A DNA stretch of 64,000 bases, from contig NC_092672.1 in assembly GCF_964355755.1 (NCBI RefSeq), positions 2,108,001 through 2,172,000 of the forward strand. The letters run 5' to 3'. Below the pieces are notes generated by a model, which was not told the DNA's origin, ran no database searches, and was given only the letters and a program-made list of their open reading frames with translations. The stretch comes from Antedon mediterranea. Lineage: Eukaryota; Animalia; Echinodermata. Made by a program: the position numbers and the translations under genes. Position 1 is the stretch's first letter; the number at the start of each line of letters is the position of its first letter. Below, one piece after another: positions 1-11,974 of this stretch.

Positions 1-228
1 GGATACAAAGAGAACAAAGGTGATCACTACATTTTAACTAGAAGAGTCATTACAAACAATGTGAAAAGGTGACATAATTCAATGTTGAAAAATCATACAT
101 TATTAATAATATGAGTAAAAAAAAATATATGGTAAAAATAAATTGGGTAAGACTATTTTTTCAAGACAGGCTGCAAAACGAAATTGAGAATATAAATACA
201 GTAGTGACTGAATCGTAGGACTACTTAC

Positions 229-1079
229 CTGAACGTTCTTTTCACTGATAACAATCTCAGCAGTATATGCAAATTGAATCAATTTAGCAACAGCTTCTGA
301 ATCTATGTCATGAAGTGTAACCTCTGACTTATGACATTCACTCATATTATCTGACAAGAGAATGGAAAGAATTGTAGACAATCAAATTCACTATGCTTTA
401 AATTGATATTTAACAAATATTTTTAAAGCTCTGTATACACTATCAAACTAGTTTGACACAAGAAGTGTGATGTCCCCAAATATGGTAGTAATATGCCCAA
501 ATATGGTAGTGATATGCCCAAATATGGTAGTAATATGCCCAAATATGGTAGTAATATGCCCAAATATGGTAGTGATATGACATCATCATGTCCATATATG
601 GGCTCATCACATTTTTTTGTGACATCAAGTTTTATATTGTAGATAGAGTTTTAGAACTGTAATAACATACTAATATAATTTCATTTCAAAGTTAAATAAC
701 AAAGTAGAAACACCTGGGATGCAAACTGTATTCAGGGGACACTTTCCTGTGAAATATGTTTTAACACTCAGAAAAAATCCCTAGGGCACTTTGTTTTGTT
801 TGCAAGGTGTCCGCTAATAAGCTCTCTACAGTAATACTTTTTACAGAAATATGAGGTACACTCATGGAAAAAATTACACTTACTGGTAAACATTGCATGG
901 AAGTATGGACTGCAAGAGGCTAGTACCAATTTGTGACCTCTGATCTCTTGACCTCCGACATTCAATGTGATGTCACATAGCAGATTGCTGTGTCGCATCT
1001 TATTCATGGCAATGAATGCATCGTTTGTGTGTTTTGCTGAATGGTGCAAGACACAGCCGTCTGCTACTTTTTTGGCCAT
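229..1079 (-). CDS. KLHL17: Kelch-like protein 17 (actinfilin)-like; N-terminal BTB exons only, gene continues past position 1
   Basis: Coding exons 1079-884 and 350-229 with GT-AG junctions. Spliced peptide HSAKHTNDAFIAMNKMRHSNLLCDITLNVGGQEIRGHKLVLASCSPYFHAMFTNNMSECHKSEVTLHDIDSEAVAKLIQFAYTAEIVISEKNVQ closely resembles the recalled KLHL17 BTB domain (DAFVAMSRMR..LASCSPYFHAMFT..VTLHDID..QFAYTAEIVV..NVQ). A probable 5' UTR intron spans 2084-1156. Confidence 0.85.
425..652. mobile_element. MITE family B (TIR AGCTCTGTCTACACTATCAAAC; internal 21-bp CATATCACTACCATATTTGGG repeats), possibly PIF/Harbinger-type
   Basis: Terminal inverted repeats flanked by TAA/TTA. Related full or partial copies at ~5609-5890, 6968-7070, 7437-7540, 11615-11752, 13753-13933, 13934-14063, 18860-18980, 19268-19450, 33926-34040 and 59953-60080. 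Confidence 0.75.
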
Positions 1080-2084
1080 GGTTTAACTCACAACAGTGAT
1101 TGCTCACAACAGTGACATAATAAGGTCTGACTGCTTTTTGAAATCTTGAATAAATCTATTTAAAAAATGATTTTACTTTAGAGGAGTATTGAATTGGGAT
1201 TGTGTATACAGATTATCTCTACCAGTGTAAACAGAGCCTAAGAAGCTGTCTCAAATGTGTAACTTTATATATCAGTGTAAACAGAGCCTAAGAAGCTGTC
1301 TCAAATGTGTAACTTTATAATATATCAGTGTAGACATAGCCTAAGATGTTGTCTCAAATTTCCTCACAGTAATTTTAATTGGATCATGGGTTTGGTTCAA
1401 TTACTACAAATTCATTTATAAATTAGCTTTCAGGTCACTGCTCGTCATGCACTGCTGTATGCAATAAAATATAAAGAAGCGTTAGTTAAAACTTATATGC
1501 TGATAAAAAGAGTTTTAATGAAGGCACGGACGCAGCCATTTTGGTTTTGGTCTTGGCTATTTTTTGTTTCTAGGCTGAGTGAGGCTAGAAGCTTTTCTCT
1601 ATTTTATTGTAACCATATTTAGAGGGTGATCCATCCAGCAGTTGCTGAACATTTACACAAAAAACAACAAAAACAGAAAAGTAAAAAAAAAAAAAAATTT
1701 TTTTAAATAAATAAAAATAAATTACATGAGAAAAAAAAATCTGAAAAAGAAAATTTGGAATATATCTATCTATTCTAGGCCTATACTTTTATTATATCTA
1801 TAGGCTAGCTAGGCCCTAACTAGACGACTACAGAGTAGGACTAGTAGCCTACTTACTAGCTCTAGCTAGGCCTACCGAATCTACCTAGCCTGACTGAGTG
1901 AGTAATGCCTAGTTAAGTTAAAAGGGTAGCCGGGTAGCCTAGAGGCTAGGCCTACTTAACTAGGCCTAGGCCTAGCTACTAGCTAGAGCCTAGGCCCTAC
2001 CTAGTAGGCTGCCTAGCTAGTAGCCTATATACTATTGTAATTAGCGTGCTTACATTTTAAGATATTAAGTGGATGTATATTCAC

Positions 2085-2315
2085 CTACAAGTGAGATTTT
2101 CATCTAGGCCTATTAAAACGTCATAAAATAAAACAAGTATTATTATTGATTCAACCACCTGCAAAAATCAGTGCATGACAGATGAATGTTGTCAAAGAAC
2201 TTCTTTTTTGCTGTTGTTATTAGAAAGTACGCCCTCAACAGGTCACACCAAAAGAAACAAACACAACACACACACATAACAAAAAGCAAAAAGAGGAAAT
2301 CACCTCTGTCGAAAA
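2085..2315. promoter_or_regulatory. Putative bidirectional promoter between the KLHL17-like gene and EXOC8
   Basis: The genes are divergent. A - strand donor (AG|GTGAAT at 2085/2084) and the EXOC8 ATG at 2316 are only ~230 bp apart. Transcription starts cannot be seen from sequence. Confidence 0.55.
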
Positions 2316-5300
2316 ATGGCTGCCACAGAACACCTAAGAAAACAATTGGCACAGCAACAGTTTGATCCAACTAAATGCAAGCGATTTTATGAATTATTAT
2401 TTTTAAATACCTTAAAATAAGTAAGGGCCTAGCTAGCTGTAGGCTTAGCCCGTGTAGTATTAGATACTAAAATACTTACTAGGCTAGGCCTACTAGCCTC
2501 TAGCCTAGTCTCTAGAGGCTAGGCCTTGCCTAGCTGGGCTAAGCCTATAATAGTTGATACACTGTAGGCCTAGCCTATGTAAGAAGCGAAGTGTAAGCCA
2601 GCCTAGTAGTAGGATTCCCTTAGAGGGGACCTAGCCAGGTCTATTATTAGAAAATTGTTGTACTACTACTATACTAGAAATAGGCCTAGGCCCTAGGCTG
2701 TTAAGTGATGTTAGATAGGAGGATGGTAAGCTAATATATTAATAGTATGAGATTTATCTAAAATAATATAACATTATAATTCCTAGTATTAGGCCTAAAT
2801 AAATATATGTTTTGTGTTAATTTATTTATATTTTCTTATTCCAGTTGTTCAAGAAATATCATCTAGTGGTGACACATATCATGACCTTTTAGAACATAGG
2901 TTAAAGGTCAGAAACCTCAGTGAAGAAACAAATCTTGCACTCAAGAAGAATGTCTACAAAAATTATGCCCAATTTATCGAAACTGCGAAAGAAATATCGT
3001 GTATCCTTGAAAAACTTGTCAGATCGTGTTTGATTTAAAAATAACATTAATAACAAGCCTTTAACTATGGGCAGCCATTAGTGCCAAAATAAATAAAGTT
3101 TGGGCCATAATGGCTGCCCATATTTATCTACTCTTCTGGCAATGCTCAGGAACACAAATACTAAATTGAATCATGAATTCTTTATAAATATCTGTAAATG
3201 TAAATTGGGGAATAACCTCCTATTTGTACTCCAGAATAAATTATAAACAAATTTTGAAATTATGAAAACAATAGATTTATATACAGAAACAAGCACATCC
3301 TTACATTTAAAATTTAGACTTGGAAAGTGAAATGTATCAGCTGAGTCATATATTAACAGAACAAAAAGGAATTATGGACATAATGTTAGAAATGTCATTC
3401 TCAGCCCAAGGTGAGCAAGAACACATTTTCTATACCGATTAATAAAAAGATTTGTAGCATAAGTGAGTATTCAACTCTTGCAGATATCTTTACTACACCG
3501 AGTGAGCAGCCGAGCGGAACCATAATTACGTAGCTATAACATCGGCAAGGGTTTGAGGCTCACTTGCTGCATGGTTCTGGTGGTAGAACGAGTCTATCTA
3601 TCTCGGATAAGGACTATAAACCGTAGGTCCAGTGTACACATCTAGTTCATGTGCACCTGAACCTAGTACATCTTTCGAGGTAAGTAGGGGGTTACCCCGG
3701 TGTACTAGTAAACACACAACCACTGATCATAACTGCGCCCTCTGGGTGATCAGTCTTTCACTGAAGAGGTCACCCAGTATAAAGATATAATACAGCACAG
3801 TAATATATGACTTTTAACATTTTAGATGAGGTCGTTGACACAAAAGATACCGTTGTGAAAGAAGAGCCAAAGAAATCGATTGCATCACTGTTGGATAAGG
3901 TGGAAGGCTGCTCTGTAAGTGACTATAATACTTAAGTACAGTAGACACATAAATAACAACTTACTTATTACTTGTTTGCATAGCTATCCCCATTATTGGG
4001 GACATTTCGCCGTCATTGACATTATGTTGACATAGCACAACAATGAGAGACATTAATTTTGATGAGAAGGTCATGGAACACTAATTAATTTAAAAAACAA
4101 CTAAAAACCTGAGACCTGTAACCCTTGGTAGGGACCCTGACGGGTACTCTCCCTCCGGGTCAAAGGGATCCCGAAACTCATCGGTGGGCAGGGGCGCTCA
4201 TCTCCCTGTTCAGGACTATTCCTGATGATTACCCAGTCTATTAACATTTAAAATTAAACATCAAGACATATAAATTAATCAACTTAATGACTACTGGACA
4301 TAGTAGTTATTGTCTTCTATAAAAGATGCTGGAAGCACTTCCTTATATAGTCTTCTCGGTCTAGTTGACTAGCGTTTATAGTTTTCTGAAGTATACTTGG
4401 GCTCGGTCTTCCTATCAATTTACTTACAATTTACAACATGTCTACTAAACATAGGCAGAGTATTTTTGGTAAAGACTTCACATCACTTTCAATTCTCCTA
4501 TGTGAACACTTTTCTTTTTAAGCTTTTTTTCAATTCAAATAAACATTTATTTCTTTCATTCATATTTGAGTAAAAAACATTATACTTTCTGATATTTTAT
4601 ATATAAATATTTTTTTTTAGAGATATAATACAGTAAATCATAATGTATAAAAAAAAAAGATGATTCAGTTATATACAAAATGAAAGAGGCAAAAAAACCC
4701 AAGAAAGTATTGATCAATTGGAAACAAAAATCCAATTGAAACTTGTATGTTGGGAAGCCATGTAAGAAGATTATATACTTATATATATAAATGTAAACAT
4801 ATAACTACACATACACATATAGATCAACAGACACACACACACACACACCAACAGTAAAGGAAGCAATTTCGAAAAAGTTTCTAAAGTTAAAAAAATATTA
4901 CAAAATAGAGAAAATAATTAGTTATAATTTGAAATAAGATAATCTAATAACATAATGATTTTATATAGACATATTATATACCGTCGTCGTGAGGTAATTT
5001 ACAGAATCAACTCTATGAATGGATGACTAGTTGGGAGCAGGAACGCTAATAGATCAAACCTAGTAACGCAGGAAATTACCTTGTGACAAGTAATCACAGT
5101 AGATTTGAGCATAATTAGTTTTCAAAATTTAGTATTTACTGTCATCAATTTAAAACATTTTTAAACGTTATTTATCTTTCTGCAGCGAGTAACTGAAGTA
5201 CCTGGGCGTTACATCATCTATGATACGGATCTTACAGAACTGGAACCAGATTCATTTCAAGAAATTCACAAGGTTCATGTGTTTCTGTTGAATGATAGTC

Positions 5301-8300
5301 TGCTGGTCACGACCTTTCAACCCAACAGGTCAGGTCAAAGTTTCATTTGTTTTATTGTCTTTTAGTCCAGAGCCATTTCACATTTATTTCTCTTAAAAAA
5401 TTCTTTTTGAATTGCTACTGTATATATAAATGATTTTATTGGCCTAATTTATATTCAGTAATTTTATTAATAAGTGACAATAAATATTATATAATAATGA
5501 TAATTAAATTTTTGTCTACTAGGCGAGGCCCTGTACGCTTCAAATTCCAGACATTGTATGAATTGGACAGCCTAGCTGTAGTTAATGTCAGAGATGTAGG
5601 CCGTAAGTAAAGCTCTGTCTACACTATCAAACTTTATGCGACAAAAAAATGTGATGTGCCCATATATAGACATGATGACATCATATCACTACCATATTTG
5701 ATCATATCACTACCATATTTGATCATATCACTACCATATTTGATCATATCACTACCATATTTGATCATATCACTACCATATTTGATCATATCACTACCAT
5801 ATTTGATCATATCTCTACCATATTTGATCATATCACTACCATATTTGATCATATCACTACCATATTTGATCATATCACTACCATATTTGATTTAAAATCA
5901 TATACGGTAGAATTATTCATATTTATTTATTTTTTCTTAGCTGTCAAGAATGCTTTTAGAATCTTAATGTTTCCAGATCAGAGAATGTTCCAGGCTAATG
6001 GACCCAAAACTAAGGTACGCCATTCACAATTCAAACTAAGGTACGCCATTCACAATTCATACTAAGGTACGCCATTCACAATTCAAACTAAGGTACGCCA
6101 TTCACAATTCATACTAAGGTACGCCATTCACAATTCATACTAAGGTACGCCATTCACAATTCATACTAAGGTACGCCATTCACAATTCATACTAAGGTAC
6201 GCCATTCACAATTCATACTAAGGTACGCCATTCACAATTCATACTAAGGTACGCCATTCACAATTCATACTAAGGTACGCCATTCACAATTCATACTAAG
6301 GTACGCCATTCACAATTCATATTTTGAAGCAGTTATTGTATATTCCCTAAAAACATAGAAAACAAATTGAAATAGGACATTTTGTATTTAAAAAAATGTT
6401 TATACACATCCAATATGCAATTACAGGTCAATTACAATCAATTACATTGATCGTGCTTATAAACTAAGTCTCATTTGCGGCTTAGGAAGTGGAGTTGAAA
6501 GAGTTGTGAGTTACAACCCTGGCCCTAGGTCAGGATTGAACCCTGAACCTTGGGATGGGAAGGCAAGTACCAAGCTACAGCTCCACTACTACTACTTTTA
6601 ATAAAGTTATTCTTCTACAGAAAAAAAAACGACATTTTCACTTGTAATAAACTACAAAATAAACTGTTAATTAGAAAATTTAACAACTCACTGAAAATGT
6701 CTTTTTGTTATTTATTTTATTTTCTTTATTATCAATCTAAAACATAGAAAGAATGGTTGACAGCGTTAGAAGATGCGAAGAAGGCTAAGGCCGCGTCAGA
6801 CACAAGAAAACGAGAACTTGTACACCAATCAAGTCGTGCGAGTATCATCCCTAAAGAAGTGACGCCAACTGACGATGTCGAAGTTGAACAAGATTTAGAT
6901 GAAGATAATAATCGTAAGAAATTCTTACTGTATTTCGCATATTTCAAAAATGTGATCACTGTCCATTAAGCTCTGTTTACACTATCAAACAAAGTGTGAT
7001 GTGCCCAAATATGGTAGTGATATGACATCATCATGTCATGGGCACATCACATTTGTAGACAGAGCTTTAGATAGGAGTTTGTTGAGTCTTTGATCTCAAT
7101 CAGAGAAACTGAATCACTCGCCACATTAACACAACTCCTCAAATCCCACCTTTTTAATTTGCACTTTCAACATTTTTGTTCTCTTCTGTTGATTGTTCAG
7201 CACTTAGAAGCGCCCTGCATTTTCCGCTATATTGAATTGAACATTATTAATATTAATTATTATTATTACTTAAATTTTTTTTTTTCGTGCAGCTTTTTTC
7301 CAAGAAGAAGCTGCTGATGTCATGGAGAGTAATTTGCTGAAAATTGATTGGCTGACTGAGCTGCCAGAAGATCTTGATATGTGTATTGCTCAGAGGAACT
7401 TTGAAGATGCTGTTGATCTCATTATCAAAAGTAATAGGCTCTGTCCACACTATCAACTGGTGACAAAAAATGTGATGTGCCCATATATGTCATATCGCTA
7501 CCATATTTAAGCATATCACTACCATATTTGGGCACATCACATCAACATTTTATTGCACACAACAGACTGTTTCAAGACATAGTAACAAATTTCTCTTAAA
7601 TCATCATTCTCCGAGTACAGAATAATATGAAGTATTATACAGGCAGCAGACTGTTTATGTAGTTAGTTTATGCAAGAATAAAGATATTGTTTATTTATGT
7701 TATTTCCTACTGTATCTCTTCACAGCAAATGACTACTTGAAAGAAGTGCCTGCCTGCCCTGCTCTTAAAGACATGAGGTAAATATTGATTACTAATTAAC
7801 AAATACAAAAAATGCATGTACAAATTTAGAATACACTGCATATCAAATATATTATTAATTGATATGACACTCTAAGTTAACAAACTAAGTTAACAAACAA
7901 CAATAAGTTAAATTAACAAACTAAGTTAACAAATTATAGTAAGTTAGCAAACTAAGTTAACAAACTACAGTAAGTTAACAAACTAAGTTAACAAACTAAG
8001 TTAACAAACTAAGTTAGCAAACTAAGAAACTAAGTTAACAAACTACAGTAAGTTAACAAACTGAGTTAACAAACTACAGTAAGTTAACAAACTAAGAAAC
8101 TAAGTTAACTATATATTTATATTTATATATATATTAAATGGTTTAAACAAGTTTACAGCACAGTAATATCAACACACATTAATTTAAACTAAGTTAATGT
8201 TTTGTTTATTAAGGGCAAGAGTTGATCATCGGATTGAGCTTTTAACGGATGTTTTAATACGTGAGCTTTCTGTGTCGCCCGATCGATCATTACGTGGTGG

Positions 8301-11300
8301 ACCGCAAGTCACTAGGAGGCCTGTTCGTGAATTGATTCGACTTGGAAGAGCAATTAAGGTAAAGTATTCTTAATTCATTCATTGAACCAATTTTAGAGTT
8401 ATGTTTTAAATGATTGTTTAAACACATACATGTTATTTTTGTAGGCTTGTGACTTGTTTTTAAAGAACCGCAGCGAGGCCATTAAACAATCAATTCGACA
8501 ACTCAGGATAGAGGGCGCTACTACTGTCTACATCACCAAACTTTGCAATGTGTTTTTTACTCACATGTTTGAAACGGGAAAAGAGTTTAGAAAAGCGTTC
8601 GCTAATCATCCTGGTTGTTTTTCAGGTTAATTTACAGTTGTAAAATTGCATTATTATTTGATGTATTGTCCCTCAAAATCATGAGAAATAAAGATTTATA
8701 AAGTCCCACTTTGAATAGGCCATTTCACAGTTTTAATGAAGTTATTTAAAAAAAACAAACAAAAATAATGAATTCACTAATAAAAATACAAAATAAACAG
8801 TTAAATTTAACTAAAAACCTTACAGACAATTTACTTATTTTTGCTTTAATTTACATTTTTCAGGTCAATAATTTTGGTGATCCAATTTTTGGCCAAAGTG
8901 AATAACTATTAGGTAGTATTAAAATGGCATATTCAAAAATAAAATTATCAGGGGGACAATATATCTTGTATATCTATAAAATATTTTGTTTATAATTAGA
9001 TAACTGTAGTTTTATTAACCAATTATAGGCATACGTACAGACTAGCTTGAAAGTATTAAACAATATCCTTGTATTTGACAGCGTTTGTTGTTTGGGCCAA
9101 TGCAGAGTTGAAGGGTTATGTGAATCATTTTTCACGTCAAGCTCTTTCTAAGCAAACAAACTTATCCGTCGTGGCTGAGTGCGTTACAATTGCTCGTACG
9201 TACTGCTCTAAAGTAAGTATGTTTTGTCAAGAATGTGAATAAAAACAAGAAATAATGTAAATGTTTCTATAAAATCAGTAAGACATACTCCTATTAAGGG
9301 GACAACTTTGGGACCCATTTAAAATTTACTAGTGGCCGTATTCACCATTCACACTTAGACTAAGGTAAACAAACTTAAAATGTAAAAAAAATCTCCTATC
9401 TAAGTGAATACAATTTAAGGGAAATACTTAAATATTTATTGTGTGAAATACTTAAAGATGTATGTAAACATGAAAAATGAAGATTAATTAACTCAGACTT
9501 TTAATATGTTATTTTGTAGTTTTAATAAAGTTAATCACTTCCATAGAAAAAAAAAAAAAAAAAATAATGTTTTTAAAATGACAAAATAAATGGTTAAATT
9601 AAACCAAAAATTCATTGGCTGGCAGCCAATTTGACCATTTTGTGCTTTGAATTCCATTTTTTTCAGGTAAATACTTTTTTTTTTCGATTGAATTTTTGGT
9701 CAAAGTAGATTAACTATTATGTTACATTAAAATGGTATATTCAACAAAAATTTGTTTAAGAATTATTTTTTCAGGGGGACAATAAATCTAATATTTAAGG
9801 GAAATGTCTCACTTAAATGTGATTGGTGAATACGACCACATGTTTCCAAGTCTTATATGGTAAAATGATTGTTTGTTACCTAAGTCACTGTTTTCTTTGT
9901 CTCAATAGTTATCTGCAATTGGTCTTGATCTGTCGTTTGCCTTGAATAGCCTGTTGGTGAAAGGTATACGTGATGCTATGTATTATAACAAAGATCAACT
10001 CATTGAAGCTGCACGCCATCGTAACATTGTGAGTAGCATCAATCAAATTGAACACTACTAGCCTAGCATGTCCACCAATCAGGGCTAGCCAGTGGTCTTC
10101 CTTTGTACCAGATTAGCTAGTGAAAAACGAACAGTAACTAGCCTAGTGTGTCCACCAATCAGGGCTAGCCAGTGGTCTTTGTACCATATTGGCTAGTAAA
10201 AAACGAACACCACTACAGCCTAGCATGTCCACCAATCAGGGCTAGCCAGTGGTCTTCCTTTGTAACATGATTGGCTAGTGAAAACCGAAAAAACCACTTC
10301 ACACCCACCAGTCTTGGTTAACTATGCATAGTCAATGTTTTATAAGTGAACAGTTTTGTTATTTACTTTTGTAGTAAACAATTTGATAATTATGACAGAT
10401 GTTACAAAGGTGGAAAATAAGTTGTAAAACTGCACTTTTTAAACAAACAAACAAACTAACGCCTATTAGTAGAACCTAAAGCTTGGTTCCCACTAGAACG
10501 TAATGCAATGACAAGCGAAGTTATAGACAGTTAGCAATCACAAGCGAATAAGCCATCGCTTGTGATTGGTCAATTCACTTGCGTTGCGTTACGTCCTTGC
10601 GTTGCGTCGCTAGTGGGAACCACGCTTTAATAATCAATGTATACATCATTAGTGGATTTCCACAAATATAAGTAAGTGTAAATTCTCTTTATGGGAGACG
10701 AGAGGAGGATTTTGGATATACAAAACCACCTTCTGTGATTATCTTGAGAGAAAAAAAGGGTCATGTAATCTAGTAATTCCTTCCTAGTATAAAAAATTAT
10801 ATATGTTAACTATATTTATATTGTAAGACTTATTTTCAACAAATTTTGATAAAAAATAATGATAATTACAGGAAGAAAAATGGTACCAACTGAACCTTCG
10901 TAACCCGTCGTCTGCTAATGTTCTTGTACAAGAAATGGTGAATTGTGGAATACTGATGTTCCCTAATTTTGTGGTGAACGGTTGTTTTATTGATCTTTCA
11001 TCCAGTATGGTGGCTTTTACTAAACTTTTACTTGCGTTTATAAATGACGTTATGAAGCTGTACACTCCAGAGGTAAATATATTTTAATATTTTGTTTGTA
11101 ACCATTTTCTAAAGATCATGTCATCATTATTGTACTACTGCTGTTACTGCAGTAACTACATCTTTTACTAAATTTGTTTTAATGTAGAGGTTTATGATTA
11201 AATAAAAAAAAAAATTGCTAAATAAATACAAAATGAGTAAAACAAATTTAATTACTCCAGTATATTTTTGGATTTTGATGAATTTTGACAAGGTACCTAT

Positions 11301-11974
11301 GTAAATTTTTTTTTCTTTTTATTAAAAGGTAAATTAGTTTTATTTATTTTTAAAAACACACATAATAACATTCATTATATCTAAACTTTATCTGAAATTT
11401 TATTTTATTTTTTTATAGATTTTTCCTGATTTAATCGATATAATAAAAGATGTCTTCTCGAACCATGTGCAATTGCTTGAGGGCGCTGTAACTAATGAGA
11501 AGTTTGTTGAAGAGCGTCAGTTCATTATAAAGAACGCTGATTTCTTGTTTTCAACGCTTTTAGACACAGTTGGTGGTAAAATTAAAGTATGTTATGGATA
11601 TTCCATTTCTGATCTAAAGCTCTGTTTACACTTATCAAACAACAAAATGTGATGTGCCCATATATAGACATGATGATGTCATATCACTACCATATTTGGC
11701 TACATCACACCTTTTTTTGTCAAACTAGTTTGATAGTGTGGACAGAGCTTTAGATCAGACATTTCCATATTAAACAATATGATAACATTTTCTCTCTTGT
11801 AAATAAATTTGGAATAATTAATTTTATTTTTAGTATTATATTATTATTAGTCACCATTGTTTTCTTCGTTATTTACAGGAAAAGGTTGGCAGAAGTCCGA
11901 GAGAACTTGAAGTTTTGAAAGAAGAACGTAAAAAAATCAGTAAAAAAGCCGAACAAGTTGGTGTGCTCATTTGA
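2316..11974 (+). CDS. EXOC8: Exocyst complex component 8 (Exo84), 17 coding exons, ~697 aa
   Basis: Exons 2316-2376, 2845-3000, 3318-3410, 3826-3914, 5186-5328, 5523-5602, 5941-6014, 6748-6913, 7293-7430, 7726-7777, 8214-8358, 8445-8625, 9082-9212, 9909-10028, 10872-11072, 11419-11586 and 11879-11974 total 2094 nt in one frame. Diagnostic motifs: LKKNVYKNYAQFIETAKEISYLESEMYQLSH, LLDKVEGC, FLLNDSLLV, WLTELPEDLDMCIAQRNFE, SPDRSLRGGP, IRQLRIEGA. Confidence 0.95.
3001..3317 (+). other. U12-type (minor spliceosome) GT-AG intron, EXOC8 intron 2
   Basis: 5' end GTATCCTT at 3001-3008. Branch-like TCCTTACA at 3298-3305, ~14 nt before the AG at 3316-3317. No polypyrimidine tract. Splicing restores the conserved EIS-Y-LESEMYQL. 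Confidence 0.85.
3497..3790 (+). mobile_element. tRNA-derived SINE with Deu-like domain (EXOC8 intron 3)
   Basis: Homologous to the 45101-45418 copy. Contains TCGGATAAGGACTATAAACCGTAGGTCC and AGTAGGGGGTTACCCCGGTGT, as recalled for DeuSINEs/AmnSINE1. Confidence 0.75.
5680..5890 (+). repeat. 21-bp minisatellite (ATCATATCACTACCATATTTG) x~10, expanded inside a family-B MITE
   Basis: Visible tandem array. It explains the spurious ORFs 5634-5873 and 5656-5895. Confidence 0.95.
6009..6321 (+). repeat. 26-bp minisatellite (ACTAAGGTACGCCATTCACAATTCAT) x~12 that includes the EXOC8 exon 7 donor site
   Basis: The first unit overlaps the exon end (6014|6015), and every unit carries AAG|GTACGC. Confidence 0.95.
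6450..6590 (-). mobile_element. Degenerate tRNA-headed SINE fragment
   Basis: The - strand shows an A-box-like TGTAGCTTGGTA and a B-box GGTTCAATCC, without a full cloverleaf. Confidence 0.4.
7871..8110 (+). repeat. Imperfect 13-bp tandem repeat (AAACTAAGTTAAC)
   Basis: Visible tandem array in EXOC8 intron 10. Confidence 0.9.
8660..8968. mobile_element. MITE family C (TIR AGATGTATTGTCCC...GGGACAATACATCT; TTAA-flanked in some copies), Kolobok-like
   Basis: Inverted termini GATGTATTGTCCC / GGGGACAATATATC. Related copies at ~9452-9791 (nested in an element with GTGGCCGTATTCACC/GGTGAATACGACCAC ends at ~9332-9839), 20330-20626, 35046-35345 and 44686-44790. Confidence 0.6.
10050..10290 (+). repeat. 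~75-80 bp tandem repeat x3 (CTAGCCTAGCATGTCCACCAATCAGGGCTAGCCAGTGGTC...)
   Basis: Three visible copies just after the EXOC8 exon 14 donor. Confidence 0.85.
10477..10629. mobile_element. MITE family A (TIR AGCTTGGTTCCCACTAG), possibly PIF/Harbinger-type
   Basis: TIRs flanked by TAA/TTA. Related copies at ~18155, 19455-19560, 28297-28390, 43311-43380, 45061-45558, 58844-59150 (nested pair) and 60087-60200. Confidence 0.8.

Noticed and set aside
4110-4500. GC-richer structured segment in EXOC8 intron 4, considered as a ribozyme or ncRNA
   Set aside because: No complete hammerhead or HDV core could be built by eye. It is probably a retroelement remnant, but it cannot be classified.
5634-5895. 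Repetitive ORFs (MIKYGSD)n and (IISLPYL)n, and likewise 443-628
   Set aside because: Translation of a 21-bp MITE-internal minisatellite inside introns.
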